Source of the DNA: Mytilus edulis
Taxonomy: Eukaryota
Assembly (NCBI RefSeq): GCF_963676685.1
Contig: NC_092350.1
Span: 46,934,001-46,998,000, forward strand
Direction: 5' to 3'
Length of the DNA stretch: 64,000 bases
A program made the translations under genes and the position numbers. Below, piece by piece: positions 25,215 to 39,000 of this stretch. The notes beneath the pieces are model-generated. The model saw only the letters and a list, made by a program, of their open reading frames with translations. It did no database searches and was not told the DNA's origin. Numbering within the stretch: position 1 is the first letter of the stretch; each line of letters starts with the position of its first letter.

Positions 25215-25654
25215 TACTCATATTACTCTGAAAGTAAACCTGATGATAATCTTTAACATGCAAATAGACCTATTTGATTAAACAACCGATCTCTTTAGCG
25301 AGCTTTTTAAGCAAAGCCTTGACACATGATCTGTAATTTAATCAGATTTTTAAACGACTGCAGTAATTTGAAAACTGTAAATGTCCGGTAGGAAAAAAGT
25401 AAAATAACTAAAATATCGAACTCCACGGAAAATGAGCTTTTGATTTTGTCATTTGATAGGGTATTTTCCGTCTTGAATATTTTTGTTATTCTACTTTTTG
25501 TTATCACCTTATCTTTTTTTTTTCCTTTTGGTTAAAAACAACAAAAAATGGATACGATAAGTGTGTACAACTCGTGTTTATGACATAAATGTCATTGTAC
25601 ATGTACACACGAGAATAGAATTTTTATCAAATATAAATCGTCTAGGGGCATGAA

Positions 25655-26255
25655 AAATAAACAGCTGCGCAATCTGCGCATGATACGCCCTTCGTCTTGT
25701 GTGAGAAGTTTTATGCAATAATCATTAAATGTTTATAAGATACGATGCAACATGTGAAAAAAAAAATGTTTTTACAAAAAACTCAATAACTTTAAAATAA
25801 AATTTTGAATCATCACCAAAAAGTATACAAATCTTAAAATAAATATAACTAAAAAGTGTGTAAAGTTTTAAGCAATAATCTTAAATCGTTTATGAGATAT
25901 GGCGCGACATGTGAAACCCCCCCCCCCCCTTTTTTTTACAAAAAACTCAATAACTCTAAAATACAATTTTGAATCATCACCAAAAAGTAAACAGATCTTT
26001 GGATAAATATAATTAAGAAGTGTGTGAAGTTTAAAGCAATGTTTTAGTTATAAAGTCCCATAACTCAAAAAGTTTGATTCCTATTTTCACCAAAAATTAT
26101 ACAGATCGTTTGACTATCATAAGAAACAACTATTTATAGTTTCATGAAATTTAGATAAGCGGTTCTCAAGTTACGGTGCGACATGTGGACGCCGGACAGA
26201 TGGACACCAGACATTTGTATACCATAATACGTCCCGTCAAAATTTTGGTATAAAA
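25655..26255. mobile_element. Helentron/HINE-like element with ~156-bp tandem repeats
   Basis: TTTACAAAAAACTCAATAACT...TTTTGAATCATCACCAAAAAGTA repeated at ~25770 and ~25935. GGAC-type microsatellite and ATAATACGTCCCGTC end motif. Confidence 0.65.
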
Positions 26256-26329
26256 ATTAAACTGGTCGAAAAGAAACAACGAACACTGAACTAACAAACA
26301 GATTTAAAAACTCATAAATACAGACTGAT

Positions 26330-27260
26330 ACAACGTAGATACAAATATCTTGTCTTAGGAAGGGATAAATCCTACTTTGTAAGAGATCACTCTGATTCAA
26401 ACAAATCATTTTCTGAAACTGACATTATCAAAATGCTTGATTTCTTGATTGACAACATCTTTGTTACGTATGGAGAACGTGTTTTTTTAACAGACTGTCG
26501 GCATTCAAATGGGAACCAATTGTGCCCCTCTTCTTGCCGACTTGTTTCTTTATTATTAAACGTATCTATCCCATCGAACTATAGATAAGGGATACAACCG
26601 ATACAGTTAAGTCGGCCTCATATCTTGACTTACATCTAGAAATTGACAATGAGGGTCGGTTGAAAACAAAACTTTACGACAAAAGAGATGATTTCAGCTT
26701 TCCAATGTGAACTTTCCAGCAGCACCTGCATACGGGGTATATATCTGCCAATTGGTACGATGTTCCCGTGCAAGATTTCCTATCATGATTTTCTTGATAG
26801 AGGTTTGCTGCTCATAAGGAAGCTATTAAACCTAGGGTTCTAAATGGTGAAGTTGAAATCATCCCTTTGTAAATTTTATGGACGCCATCACGAGTTGGTT
26901 GACCGTTATGGCATAACCGTTTCACAGATGATATCGGATATGTTCCTAACGTCGTTACTACAATCCCTTTTCTCTTTCATGATTGTGACCTACCGAATTA
27001 GACTATTTACCGGGTTTGTAATAACATCAGCAACACTTCGGGTGTCGCATGTGGAGCAGGATCTGCTTAGACTTCTAGAGCACCTAAGATCACCCCCAGC
27101 TTTTGGTTGGGTTCGTGTTGCTTAGTCTTTGTTTTTCTATATTGTATCATGTGAACTATTATTTGTATGTTTGTCTTTTTTCATTATTAACCATGGCGTT
27201 GTCAGTTTATTTTCGTCAAGTTTTATGAAATTGACTGTCCCTTTGGTATCTATCGCCCCT
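26330..27260 (+). mobile_element. Penelope-like retroelement RT remnant with 3' end
   Basis: Translates as RYKYLVLGRDKSYFV...MLDFLIDNIFV...VGIQMGTNCAPLLADLFL, then (catalytic DD segment deleted) ASYLDLHLEIDNEGRLKTKLYDKRDDFSFP. Confidence 0.85.
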
Positions 27261-29904
27261 CACTACCAACTTAATAACGACTACACCAAACACGAAGTCG
27301 GTGACTGTATTCTTATCTTATATCAATAAAACGAACATAAGATTTCAAGAAAGAAAAAAATAAAAGATATAAATAGGTGTTTCCCATCGATTTTCAGTTA
27401 ATATAGTTCATAAAGCAATAGTTGTATTCAAAAGTCGACCAAAAGCTGTGACATACCCCATTGACTGTTCCTTTGTGTTGTTGTTTTTTCACTACACTTC
27501 ACTTGCAAGTGTTTTATTTGTAATTACTACTTGATATTGATTGTCTAATGAGCGTCATTTAGAAATACAAATTTATTATTATCATATATATTTTACAGTT
27601 ATGATGAAACATGATTCAATCTGGATTATCTCCCGTTTGTCAAAATAAATCCTAATCGATGTCAATTATATCATGACATCATTGGTATATTGCTTGTGTC
27701 TGTTTTCCTTTAATCATATTGGACAAATTTCGCCTTCAACAAGTATAGTTGAAATACAATAAAAGTGATTTTACGAAGTCAACTTGTATTTAAACCTCGG
27801 TGTAAATCTATACTCTCCAGGGTGTTTTGTAGTGTTCATCAGAGTTCATGGTCATCATTTTTGACAATCAATTTCATTTTTAAAGAGTTTTCTGGTACAC
27901 ATTATAACACGGGTTTGCCGTGTATTACTCGTGTTTGATAATCAACACACAACTGAAAATTTAACATTTGTTTTGTCTATAAAGAAGTCTTTAAAGTTTT
28001 CATAAAACATTAGACGTATATACTTACAACCAGGAAGCTAATAATCAGCATATGCTCACACAACCTATTTATCGTCAACAGTTATTTCCCTTTGCATGTA
28101 ATTTTGTCTTTATATAGGATTATCTGAAAAGGAGTGGGTTAGGGAAGGAGCTTCATTATTTCATTATTTTATATTATTAATTCATATATTTTAAGTCATT
28201 TAACTCGTTCAGGGAAAGTCACATGTTAAACTATATTTTCGAAGGAAGATAGAAAACGGCGGTTGGAAATTATTAATATAACAATTAAAGCCTTTGTACG
28301 AAGTCAATACACGATATATCGACCCAAAGAAGTATATCTGAGTATCGACCTCATACAAAAGCTATAATTGTATAATATTTTAGACCGTATTTCTCTATTA
28401 GGTATGTCCATTCTTCACCAGCATTCTTTATATTTTAGCACATTTTAATCTATTTAATTTTTATTATTTTTTTATTTATTTTTTGTTTGTTTGGGGGGGG
28501 GGCACATTTTCACTATTGTTTATTATGTAAGCCTATTTCAGACATTTATAAAGAGGGTATTATGCCTTATAACATTGCGAAGACCATAAATACTTGATTC
28601 GGTAAAACAAAATAACAGTGTGCGTCTTACAAGTTTAGGATTTATCAATTATATTTCTCATCACATTGCTTTTTGTATTTACATACGATACCAATAACGA
28701 GTACTATCTTTAAAAAAAAGACCTCTGATGCATACATATATGAATGTAGACTTTAATCTTTATTATATTTTTTATCATATAATTGCGTTATTTTGTTCGG
28801 TCAGAATGTTTTATATCAATTATGCCGTTTCCGTATAAAACCGTCCTTTGTAAATGAGTCTCAAGCCGAAATCATTACTGACTGCATCAGAAATAGTCTT
28901 ACATTAAACAGTTGCAGATCCAGGATCCCCTTTTTATTACTATCACCCCGTCCTCTTTTATTTTAAATGGTTGGATCCGCCCCTGAATAAATATACATAA
29001 ATAGAATTTCATCAAACATCATTCATCTCCTTTCATATTTATTTTCTTTCGGGGGGGGGGGGGGGGGGCTTATTATCTTTAAAAGCGAATTCCGCAAATT
29101 TTTAAAATTGACATATTTCCGTTATATATCTGGTGTTTCTGTTAGCATTATATAGTTTTGTCTAATGATTTGTTGAAACTAGATAAAAAATAATATGTGT
29201 TTTGGAGGCCCGGCAAATTTATAAAACAGATATTTCTTGATGTCATCTAAGTCAAGACATTGTGGGTCATTGTTGGTAAAAAGATCTCGAAAAGATCCGA
29301 CAACAATAGTCATGGCATTCGTAATGTTCGTCATGCTGCCATATCCGTTAACATCAGTGGCATAGATATTTCATGACGGTAAACCATCTCGAGATGACTC
29401 CTTTAAATTTTTGAAAGATCCACATGAAAATCTTGGTTTATAATAAAACTTTCTTGTAAGCAGTAACCCTTAATTAAGACAATCATGATAGGTATTAAAG
29501 CTCTAGAATGTCGTATAAACTTAGGAATACACAGTCCATATGCAGGTTAAATTTCCTTTTTAAAACGGCGATTTTCCTTTCGCTTTATATTACGATGTTT
29601 GTATATCTCAATTCGTTTGTTACGCTGATGTGTGTATTGATGTCATCATGGTAAAAAGTAAAATCACAAAAATACTGAATTGAGAGGAAAATCAAATCGG
29701 AAAGTCCCTAATCATGGCAAAATCAAATGACAAAACACATCAAAAACGAATGGACAGCAACTGTCATATTCCTGACGTGGTACAGGCATTTTCAAATACT
29801 GAAAATGGTGGATTAAACCTGGTTTTATAGCACTAAACCTCTCACTTTGTATGACAGTCTCATCAATTCCGTTATATTTACAATGATGCGTGAACTAAAA
29901 ATTA

Positions 29905-30552
29905 TTACGCGTACGGTCTGACTAATATTAAGAAGTTGGTTAGGTTTATCACATACAAAAGTATAACAGATCAAAATAACTTTTATCTCAAATTAATATA
30001 AAAATTTCAATAGAAATTGAAATAAAAACTTAATATTTTAAATTTTAAAAAAATCACGCTTATTTAATCTGTTAATCTTCTGTATTAAACATGTTAAACA
30101 TGTCAGTAATTAATTAATTTTAGCCAAGTATGCTCATTGAATTTGAAGTTATCGGAAGTAAACATAATGTGGGAGGACAATTGTTTAAGAATATTTAGGA
30201 ACTTTACAAAAAATTGCATATGGAAAGGAACATGCATGAAAAAAACATGCATGTAAATGTAAAATGACGTTACTTGTGGAAGCAAGTGTCACCTTGAGCC
30301 AGAGTAACACAAAAGGATTCACGGATATAAAATCAAACAAATATTCAATTTTAATTGTTCGCTTATTCACTTTATCCATCTTATTGTAATAATAACAATT
30401 TGTATAACTAAAAATAAAGATTTTGATAAATATTTGTTTAAATTTAACCCAAAATGATCCCAAAACATATATGGTCAGACCGTACGAGTATACGTATACA
30501 GTCTTGACCGTACGCGTACGTTCCAAATACTCATATGGTCTGGGACATATAT
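29905..30552. mobile_element. Non-autonomous DNA element with TACGCGTACGGTC subterminal repeats
   Basis: TACGCGTACGGTC at ~29906 is inverted relative to GACCGTACGCGTA at ~30506. Clustered GACCGTA/TATGGTC repeats at 30465-30560. Confidence 0.5.
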
Positions 30553-33085
30553 ATATGGTCGTTTCTATTATCATCATGTTGTTTGGTTTATATGTTGAAA
30601 CTAGGTTTAAAATGATATGTGTTTTGGGGGCCAGATCTATAAAACAGATATTTTCTGATGTCATGATGGAATTCGTAGGACTTCCGATCAGACGATTATT
30701 ATTTTTTTACATTAATAAAGAACTATTGATTCGACTTTTGAACACCGAAATACTACGCTTGCCTTTATGATTTTGGAATATCCAAGCAGAAATAAAAAAA
30801 AAATAATGTATGCTGATATTTCTGCTTTCTTATAATACTCCAGTTATATGTTGTCTATTTCTCTTCATTTTTAACTACAACCATGATAATTTATTTGTAA
30901 ATAACTCAGTGCTTTCCGATAACATTTGATAAATGTAACTACTTCTATGACTAGTGTAGTACACAGTTTGATTGAATACTGAATAGGCATTTTTTTTTCA
31001 AATGAAATTGTTTTGCCAAAATTATTATTCTAGACCTTGCATTCGAGGTGAAGGGCTTTACATCGTTGAACATGTTGAAGTTTTATTTACGTTATAACAC
31101 GGAAGCCTAGATGAGATGACAAAAACATAATCAAAACACATATATAGGTTAACATGCAGTCTGTTCAAGTCTTTTATCATTTTTAAGTCTTAAATAAAAA
31201 TCTACATGAATTATTGCAGGGGTGTCCGCATGTGTACCACACCAAACAAAAGCAGGTGAAACTTAGGGGCCCTTCAGAACTAACAAGTCTAACATATACT
31301 GTCAACGACACTGAAAACAATCAAAACGAAAGACTACGCAAAGATCCCTCTCCAATAGTGGCTTCCCTTATATTGATCATGGTAAGTACGAAATCGGTGA
31401 AAAGCGGGAGGGATTGTGGTAAAGACAATAGGAACATAGCCGTTAACACCTGTGACATAGATATTTCATAACGTCAACTAACTCGCGAAGATTCCGTTAC
31501 ATTTTTTTTTAAAGTGCCACTTGAAACTCTTGGTTAGTATAGCTTCCTTGTAAGCAGTCATCCTTTATTAAGGAAATCGTGATAGGATTTAAAGCTCAGG
31601 CATGTCTTTTTGATTGGGAAAATATACATTGTACTCCTTATGCAGGCGCTGCTGGAATAATGCTACATAGAATCGAAAGGTTCACATCTGAGAAGCTGAG
31701 TTCGTCTCATCTATTATCCTATCGACCGAATTTATAGATGTAAATCAAAATATGAGACAGACATAGCTGTGTTTGTGGTTTCCTATTTTTCATGTTTGAT
31801 GGGATAGATGCAGTCAACAGTCACCAAACTTTGAATTGTTCAGTGAGAGAACCTTAATATAACGATAGAAGTTAAAGGATGAAATGCTAGCTTATTTTCC
31901 TGAAAAGCTGCTGTATGAAGTCTGTCTTTTATGACTAAAGAAACAAATCGGCAAAAAATAAGTTTGTTCCTATAGGAATGCAAATTGCATGATATTCCTG
32001 TTATACATGCGTTCGACTCAGAAGGTAAAGCCGGACAAAATTGGCCAAAAAATGAATAGAAAGTAGATGTATTGTAACACTTTAGTGATACATGAAAGAC
32101 GACGAAAAGATCAACAACTCCACAAAACCCTACACTGAAATGAAAGGAATGAACATGAAGAACCCTTAAAAACTTGGGTTAGTCTCGGATGCTCCGGAAG
32201 GTTAAGGAAGATACTACTTCAGAAGTAGCATGCATCAGTCATGTTGTTCATGGTTAGTACAAATTCGATGATAATAAAATTGAGAATGGAAATGGGGAAT
32301 GTGCCAAAGAGACAACAACCCGACCAAATAAAAAACAACAGCAGAAGGTCACCAACAGGTCTTCAATGTAGCGAGAAATTCCCGCGCCCGGAGGCGTCCT
32401 TCAACTGGCCCCTAAACAAATATATACTAGTTCAGTGATAATGAACGCCATACTAATTTCCAAATTGTACACAACACAAGAAACTAAAATTAAAATAATA
32501 CAAGACTAACAAAGGCCAGAGGCTCATTCGGAGATGTAATCATCGACACAAAGAGGACGGGATTGTGGTAACAAAAATAGGAACATATCTAATGTCATAT
32601 GTGACATAATAATTTCAAAACTTTCAATCAACTCGCAACCTTTGAATCCACCAATAGGAAATGCAAACTTTAGAATATTGTTTTAAATAAAAGATATCTA
32701 CTCCATATGCTAACGCTCATGGAATGTTGCTACAAAGAAATTGAAAGTTCACAATTGGAAATGGAAACGGGGAATGTTTACGCCAATAAGCTAATTCGTA
32801 AATGAATTTTTGGCGTAAAGTTTTGATCTCAACCCACACTCGTTAAATAGCTAGATGTAAGTAAAACATGCAAAAGATGCAAAATATAAAAGAAAATACA
32901 ACAAAACATTTTTTTAATAAATTAATTTATATGACTGAATGTAAATAAAATTTCTATTAATACTGATTAACTTTTTGTCCTTCGCATTTCTATGCCTGAT
33001 CTTCCTTTACCAACACAAATGAATCTCCAAACATTCAAAAATATATTTTCAAAAGACAAAATCCCTGCTTATAAAATAAACAAAA

Positions 33086-36000
33086 TCAATAACCTAATCG
33101 TTGTTCTGGGGGATGAGTTATTTTATAAGAACTTGGCACAGTGTATGGAATTTCTTCTTCTTGCGTTTTTAGTCCATTATTTAACCCAAAGTTTCCGTTT
33201 TCGATATCATTTTTACTTTCTTCTGTTCCTTCTCCATTACCGTTTCCGTTCTGTGCGTTTTTGTAGGCATGGAATCTTTGTAGATTTTGACGGTATCTTG
33301 GTTGTTCCCAAGGCCATGGTGGTCTGTTCAAAGGTTTTGACACAGGTGGGTCTACATTTTCAGATATCCATTCTGGGTGTACGACGAAATATGCTTTAGA
33401 TGAAAATGAATTCTGCAAAAGAATTTTTCAATGTAAATAATAGAGAAAAAATACAATTCTATTTTTGTTTAATGGTATTAAAATAACATTTAGGACTCAT
33501 TTCATTTTGGATTTAATGTTTACCTTAAAACTAGTAAGAGCTTTATGAATATAAAAAACTACGATAAGATCATGTGTCCTATGACACCACATCCCGGGCA
33601 CATTCGGATTTTTTTTTAAAGTTCATAGCATGTGTTCGTTATTTTAAATTCATATAAAAAAATTCCGATATAAGATCCAGATACAGGACGGACAAATGGA
33701 CAATTGATTGACGGACACCAATATGCTCACTACTTTTCTTTTCCAAATCTTCGGAGACGTGGGACGATTGATCACGAGAAAAGGGCGTCGACAAAATCTA
33801 AATCATCTATGCGCAAATAGAATAACTCCACCGCATTTATGCGACTGTTCCAACTCTGAGCCAGGAACCTCTGACCATTGTTAGTCTTGTATGGTTTTTT
33901 TTTCAATTCTTTCATGTATTAGAGTTTTAGAGTGACGTCCATTTTCTATGAACCAGTACTCATTTGTGTTTAGGGACCAGCTGAAACCCGGGTGCGATAT
34001 TCTCGCTGAGTTGAAAACCCATTGGTAGCCTTGGGTCTTAATTTTATGCTCTTTGGTTAGGTTGTTGTCTCTCTGACACATTCCCCGATTTAGATGAAAT
34101 GCTAACTGAATGTCATTCTCCGACCATTTTATGATAAGTATGGTATGTATACAATATAAATCAAATGTTTATTAAATCCAGGTGATCGCATTAAACATGG
34201 AGCAGATGTAATCTTGTTTTGGTGCTTAGATATATGTCTAAAAAGGATTATAGCTTAATAACTTATCAAAATTTAACTTCGTACATTTTAAAGTGGCTGT
34301 CACTATAGTGAAAACGAATTAATCTTTAAAATCTGAGCATATCCAGATTAGAAATACCTAACTTTATCAAATCCTTTCAGTCAAAAACAGTAACTTATCT
34401 TTTCCATTTACATACATAGTAAAGATTTAGAAACTGGCGCATTATGAAGTTGGCAGTGAAACATATATAAGGTCAAACTTTGTCAAATTGTTTGACCTTG
34501 TTTGACACTTTTATCCCCTTTAGTATCAATTATATAAGTTATAAGCATTGATTCCAAATGATATTTTATGTCTAGCTTATGTCGATGATTATATTGTTTT
34601 TACTATTTCAGCTTCATTGTATTAAATTGAATAAAATTGAGAATGGAAATGGGGAATGTGTCAAAGAGACAACAACCTGACCATAGAACAGACAACAGCA
34701 GAAGGTCACCAACAGGTCTTCAATGTAGCGAGAAATTCCCGCACCCGGAGGCGTCCTTCAGCTGGCCCCTAAACAAATATATACTAGTCCAGTGATAATG
34801 AACGCCAATATAGCATTCCTAAGCTTCTGTAAAAAAAAGTGTTAAAATGTAGGTTTATCACTTTATTTTGTTTATAAGTTATATAACTGGAAATTCAGTC
34901 TATTCGGGTCATATGTATCTTCTTTTTTTTTGCGTGAATAGTTGGCAAATAGGGAAACATATATGCGAATCTCAAAACTTCTTTTATTCTAATGGTCTTG
35001 TAGCAAGGAATGTAACACTGAGTTACTTATAAAACTTATCAACAAATTATTTTTTGCTTTGAACAAATGGATAAAAAAAAATCTAAATATGTATCTAACA
35101 TAAATGGATATACAATATTTCTTTCATATCAAAGTAAAATCAACCTTACAATTTAACTTTTAGTTAAATCCATAAAGTGATTTTCTCTAAAGATGAATAC
35201 AAAAAGGCGGAACAGTGATTAAGGAGTAAATATTTATTTGACTGCAACTCGGCAAGTTATTAACACAAGGTTTACAAAAAGAAAATCAATGGGGGCACAT
35301 TCTATCTCTAATGTTTGTCTTCAACAAACCATTCAATAAAATTGAGAATGGAAATGGGGAATGTGCCAAAGAGATAACAACCCGACCATAGAAAAAAAAC
35401 AACAGCAGAAGGTCACCAACAGGTCTTCAATGTAGCGAGAAATTCCCGAACCCGGAGGCGTCCTTCAACTGGCCCCTAAACAAATATACTGTTCAGTGAT
35501 AATGAACGCCATACTAATTTCCAAATTGTACACAAGAAACTAAAATTAAAATAATACAAGACTAACAAAGGCCAGATGCTCCTTACTTGGGACAGTCGCA
35601 AAAATGCGGCGGGGTTAAACATGTTTGTGAGATCTCAACCCTCCCCCTATACCTCTAGCCAATGTAGAAAAGTAAACGCATAACAATACGCACATTAAAA
35701 TTCAGTTCAAGAGAAGTCCGAGTCTGATGTCAGAAGATGTAACCAAAGAAAATAAACAAAATGACAATAATACATAAATAACAACAGACTACTAGCAGTT
35801 AACTGACATGCCAACTCCAGATTTCAATTAAACTGACTGAAAGATTATGATTTCATCATATGAACATCAGGCACAATCCTTCCTGTTAGGGGTTTAGTAT
35901 CATACCATCATAACATATATGAGAAGAACATAACCCGTGTCATGACAACAACTGGTTGTTGAATAAATGTGTTTAGTTCCGATGCAAAGACCCTATAAGT

Positions 36001-39000
36001 GAATCAATATTAACGCCAAAATATGCAATTTTTAATTACCTGACAACAGTATCGTAACTATATCCCTTCTTAATAAGTCTATTCAAAGGTTTTGTTAGTT
36101 TTTGAGGTGAATACTGACACCTTTGTGCTTTATAAAGAATATTTCCATAAAAAATTGGATGTGAAATACTTGAACGTATAAGAAATCTGCATGTTGAGCT
36201 ATATTTACGAATGATGTCCTTATACAAGCCTTGTATGTACGGAAATAATTTATAAATGTGTATACACAAAAAAAAAATGGAACATAATGCATAGAACAGG
36301 TTTCGCCATCAACATGAAATCCTTTAGAATAGAAATTTTGAAATGATATACCTGTATACAGCAGATTCTACTGAGTGTAACTTACCCCAAACATACTATC
36401 TTGATGACTGTAGTCAATATTTGGTGGTCTCAGCTCTCTGGAATAAAAATAATACAAAAGTCAACCACTTAATTTCTGAAATACAGAACGCAGTAAATTA
36501 TTCTTAGAAACGTATAAAGAACATTTTGATTTGTTTTATATTCATATTTACTTTTATTTTGATTATTTAAAGGTATAAATCAAATACAAACTCTACGTGC
36601 CTTTGGAAAGATAAATTAAGTCAGTTTTATCTGACAGATTTAAGACAAAGCAAAAAGCAAGTAAATATTTCACTGAATTTCTACGTAAAGCCATGTAGAT
36701 GTATTCTAAAATAATATGTGATACGTAAGCTTGTCTCAAAACCCCTCCCTCTGACAAATATAAATACACACTGCTAAGATGTTCATGTGAGGTTTGACTG
36801 TGATGAAAATGTGCACCTAGAAGAGAGAAATCTGGCTGTCTAGTTACAGTAAAAGCATGTACAAGCACACCGATTGATGTGATATTAAATTCAAACTCCC
36901 AACACAGTCTAAAAAAGCCCACTTAAAAGTGGAGCGTACAAAAACTAATAGTACCTTCTGCGTCGCCTATACCTGAAAAACACATCCAATTCAAATTTAA
37001 AAGTGATTCTGTCGAGAGAAAAAAATCAACCAAAATAAACTTTGCCTTCTGTTAAAACATTATGTTAATCAGTTTTAATTTAGTTCTTTGATATCATACT
37101 ATATGACATCTAGTTTTTCAAAGTAATTCACACGACAAACCATACAATCATATATTTTGCAAACCCTGTTTCTAATCTACTCGCAATTTGGACCGGAACT
37201 CTTCAAAATCAAAAATGACATCAAAATGTCAACATCAGGTCTTCTACTATATACAAGAGTTAACATTCTTTAAATCGTCATGGACCTAGAGCTTAATATC
37301 CAAAAAAAAAACAACAAGAGGGGATATAAAATTAAGAGATGAGGTATGATAACCAAAGAGACCACTATCCACCAAAGATCAAAGTAAAGTTGATGTAAGC
37401 AATTATAGCTAACCGTACGGCCTTCAACAATCAGGAAAATCCCGTATTATATATTAGTCGATTATTAAAGACCCTAGCTATTATCTTGGTTAACGCAGGC
37501 CTAGTGATCTTAATCGAGTAACTCATCAAAATATAGAAACTGCATGAATGTAGTTTAAGATTATTTTTATCTCCTTTTTCATCTACAATTACAGTGGCTG
37601 GTTCAGAGGGGTGTTGATAGCACATATTTGATAAGGACAATTTCGCCCCTATCCTGGGACACTGGATTCTATCATGAATTGTAACAATTTTTAATACAAT
37701 TTTATACAGATTATATACTATAGCTGAGTAAATCGTTTCAAAAGTTTGAATATCAGGCAAACCTCAATTAAAAAGCAGGACATTTACATCCTTTATTCCG
37801 TTTCTTAGCTTCAATTTCACAATAGTTTTACTACCCTTTTCCATTTTAGATTTTTAAAAGGAACATATAACATTGTTAAATATATGCACTTAACAAACAT
37901 TACTTTTCACACTTTAAGTGGGTGTAATATGCACAAGCAATATCTCTTAACATGTATTATATTAGAGCTTTATTTGAAGGCAATAAACCCGTATTTTCAA
38001 ATTTAATTTAATTTTTGTATTAAAAGGAATTTAAAACATATTATTACCTAACTTTGGTCCATATGTTATCTCTTTAAAAAAAAGTAACTGCATGAGACCC
38101 ATGATTGACGGCTTTATTAGAAAGATATATAAAACTTTTATGAAAACAAAAGATACCCTACTTTTGATCCAAGCGGCTCAATAAAAATGCTGTTGAATAA
38201 ATTTACGATATCATAAATGTTTTCATATTTATTTCATAGTGTTTTGGGGTTAACTTCAGTGAGTGTGCAGAATGACAAAGAGAAAATGATAAGAGATTGT
38301 CAAAACCTTTTATACATAAATGAATAGTCTTTGCTTTTCTTATAAAGACATTAAATGCGATAAAAAGATAGAAGTATGATATATTTTGTAAAATCTCATA
38401 TAAAATGCATTTGTAAATATTGTTTCTTTTGAAAAAAATAACTGACATTTTTAACTGCTTTTGTCTCTTTATTTTACTGTATGTGGTGGGATTTTTTTTA
38501 AGCACTTAACACAACAGTAGACTTGCATAGTAATGACTGGAGCAAGTAAAACTTATTGGAATATTAATATTTCGATTCTTATTATGCTTGCTGCCCAGAA
38601 TAAAATGATGATAATAAGTTGATTATGGGTATTATAGAACGATGTTATATAGGGCACATGTGCATAATGCTGTATACTGAAGTTAAGATTTGTTCCGAAT
38701 AGACGGACTTTCCTACAGGGCCTTCGATAAATTAGTACTACGATTGGATTTCTTAACTTGAGTGGTTTCCTGGAACTCATACGCGACATTCGACTCGAAG
38801 TCTAACACAACGTGCCGATGAACCTGAAATGCAGCTCAAACATTAACTTGAACTTTATCACGAACTTTCAACCAAACTCAAACTCGAACTTCATTTCTAA
38901 TTTTGACCCAAACTTGAACTCGAACTCGAAGTCAAACTCTATGGTTATTCACACTCGTCATAATAAGTCATCAACCATGGGAGAATGATAATCCATTTTA

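Noticed and set aside
30185-30770. 159-aa and 115-aa ORFs
   Set aside because: They span a repeat element end and a local duplication, with the I/F/Y/K-biased composition typical of random AT-rich ORFs.
33086-33418. Pro/Arg-rich antimicrobial peptide (myticalin-like) precursor
   Set aside because: No signal peptide or dibasic processing pattern. The ORF is better explained as the last exon of a spliced gene.
38690-38945. AACTCG/AACTTG hexamer-rich tract as a possible exon
   Set aside because: Stops in the minus-strand frame I read, no convincing splice pair, and the flanking exons already join in phase. Probably low-complexity TE sequence.
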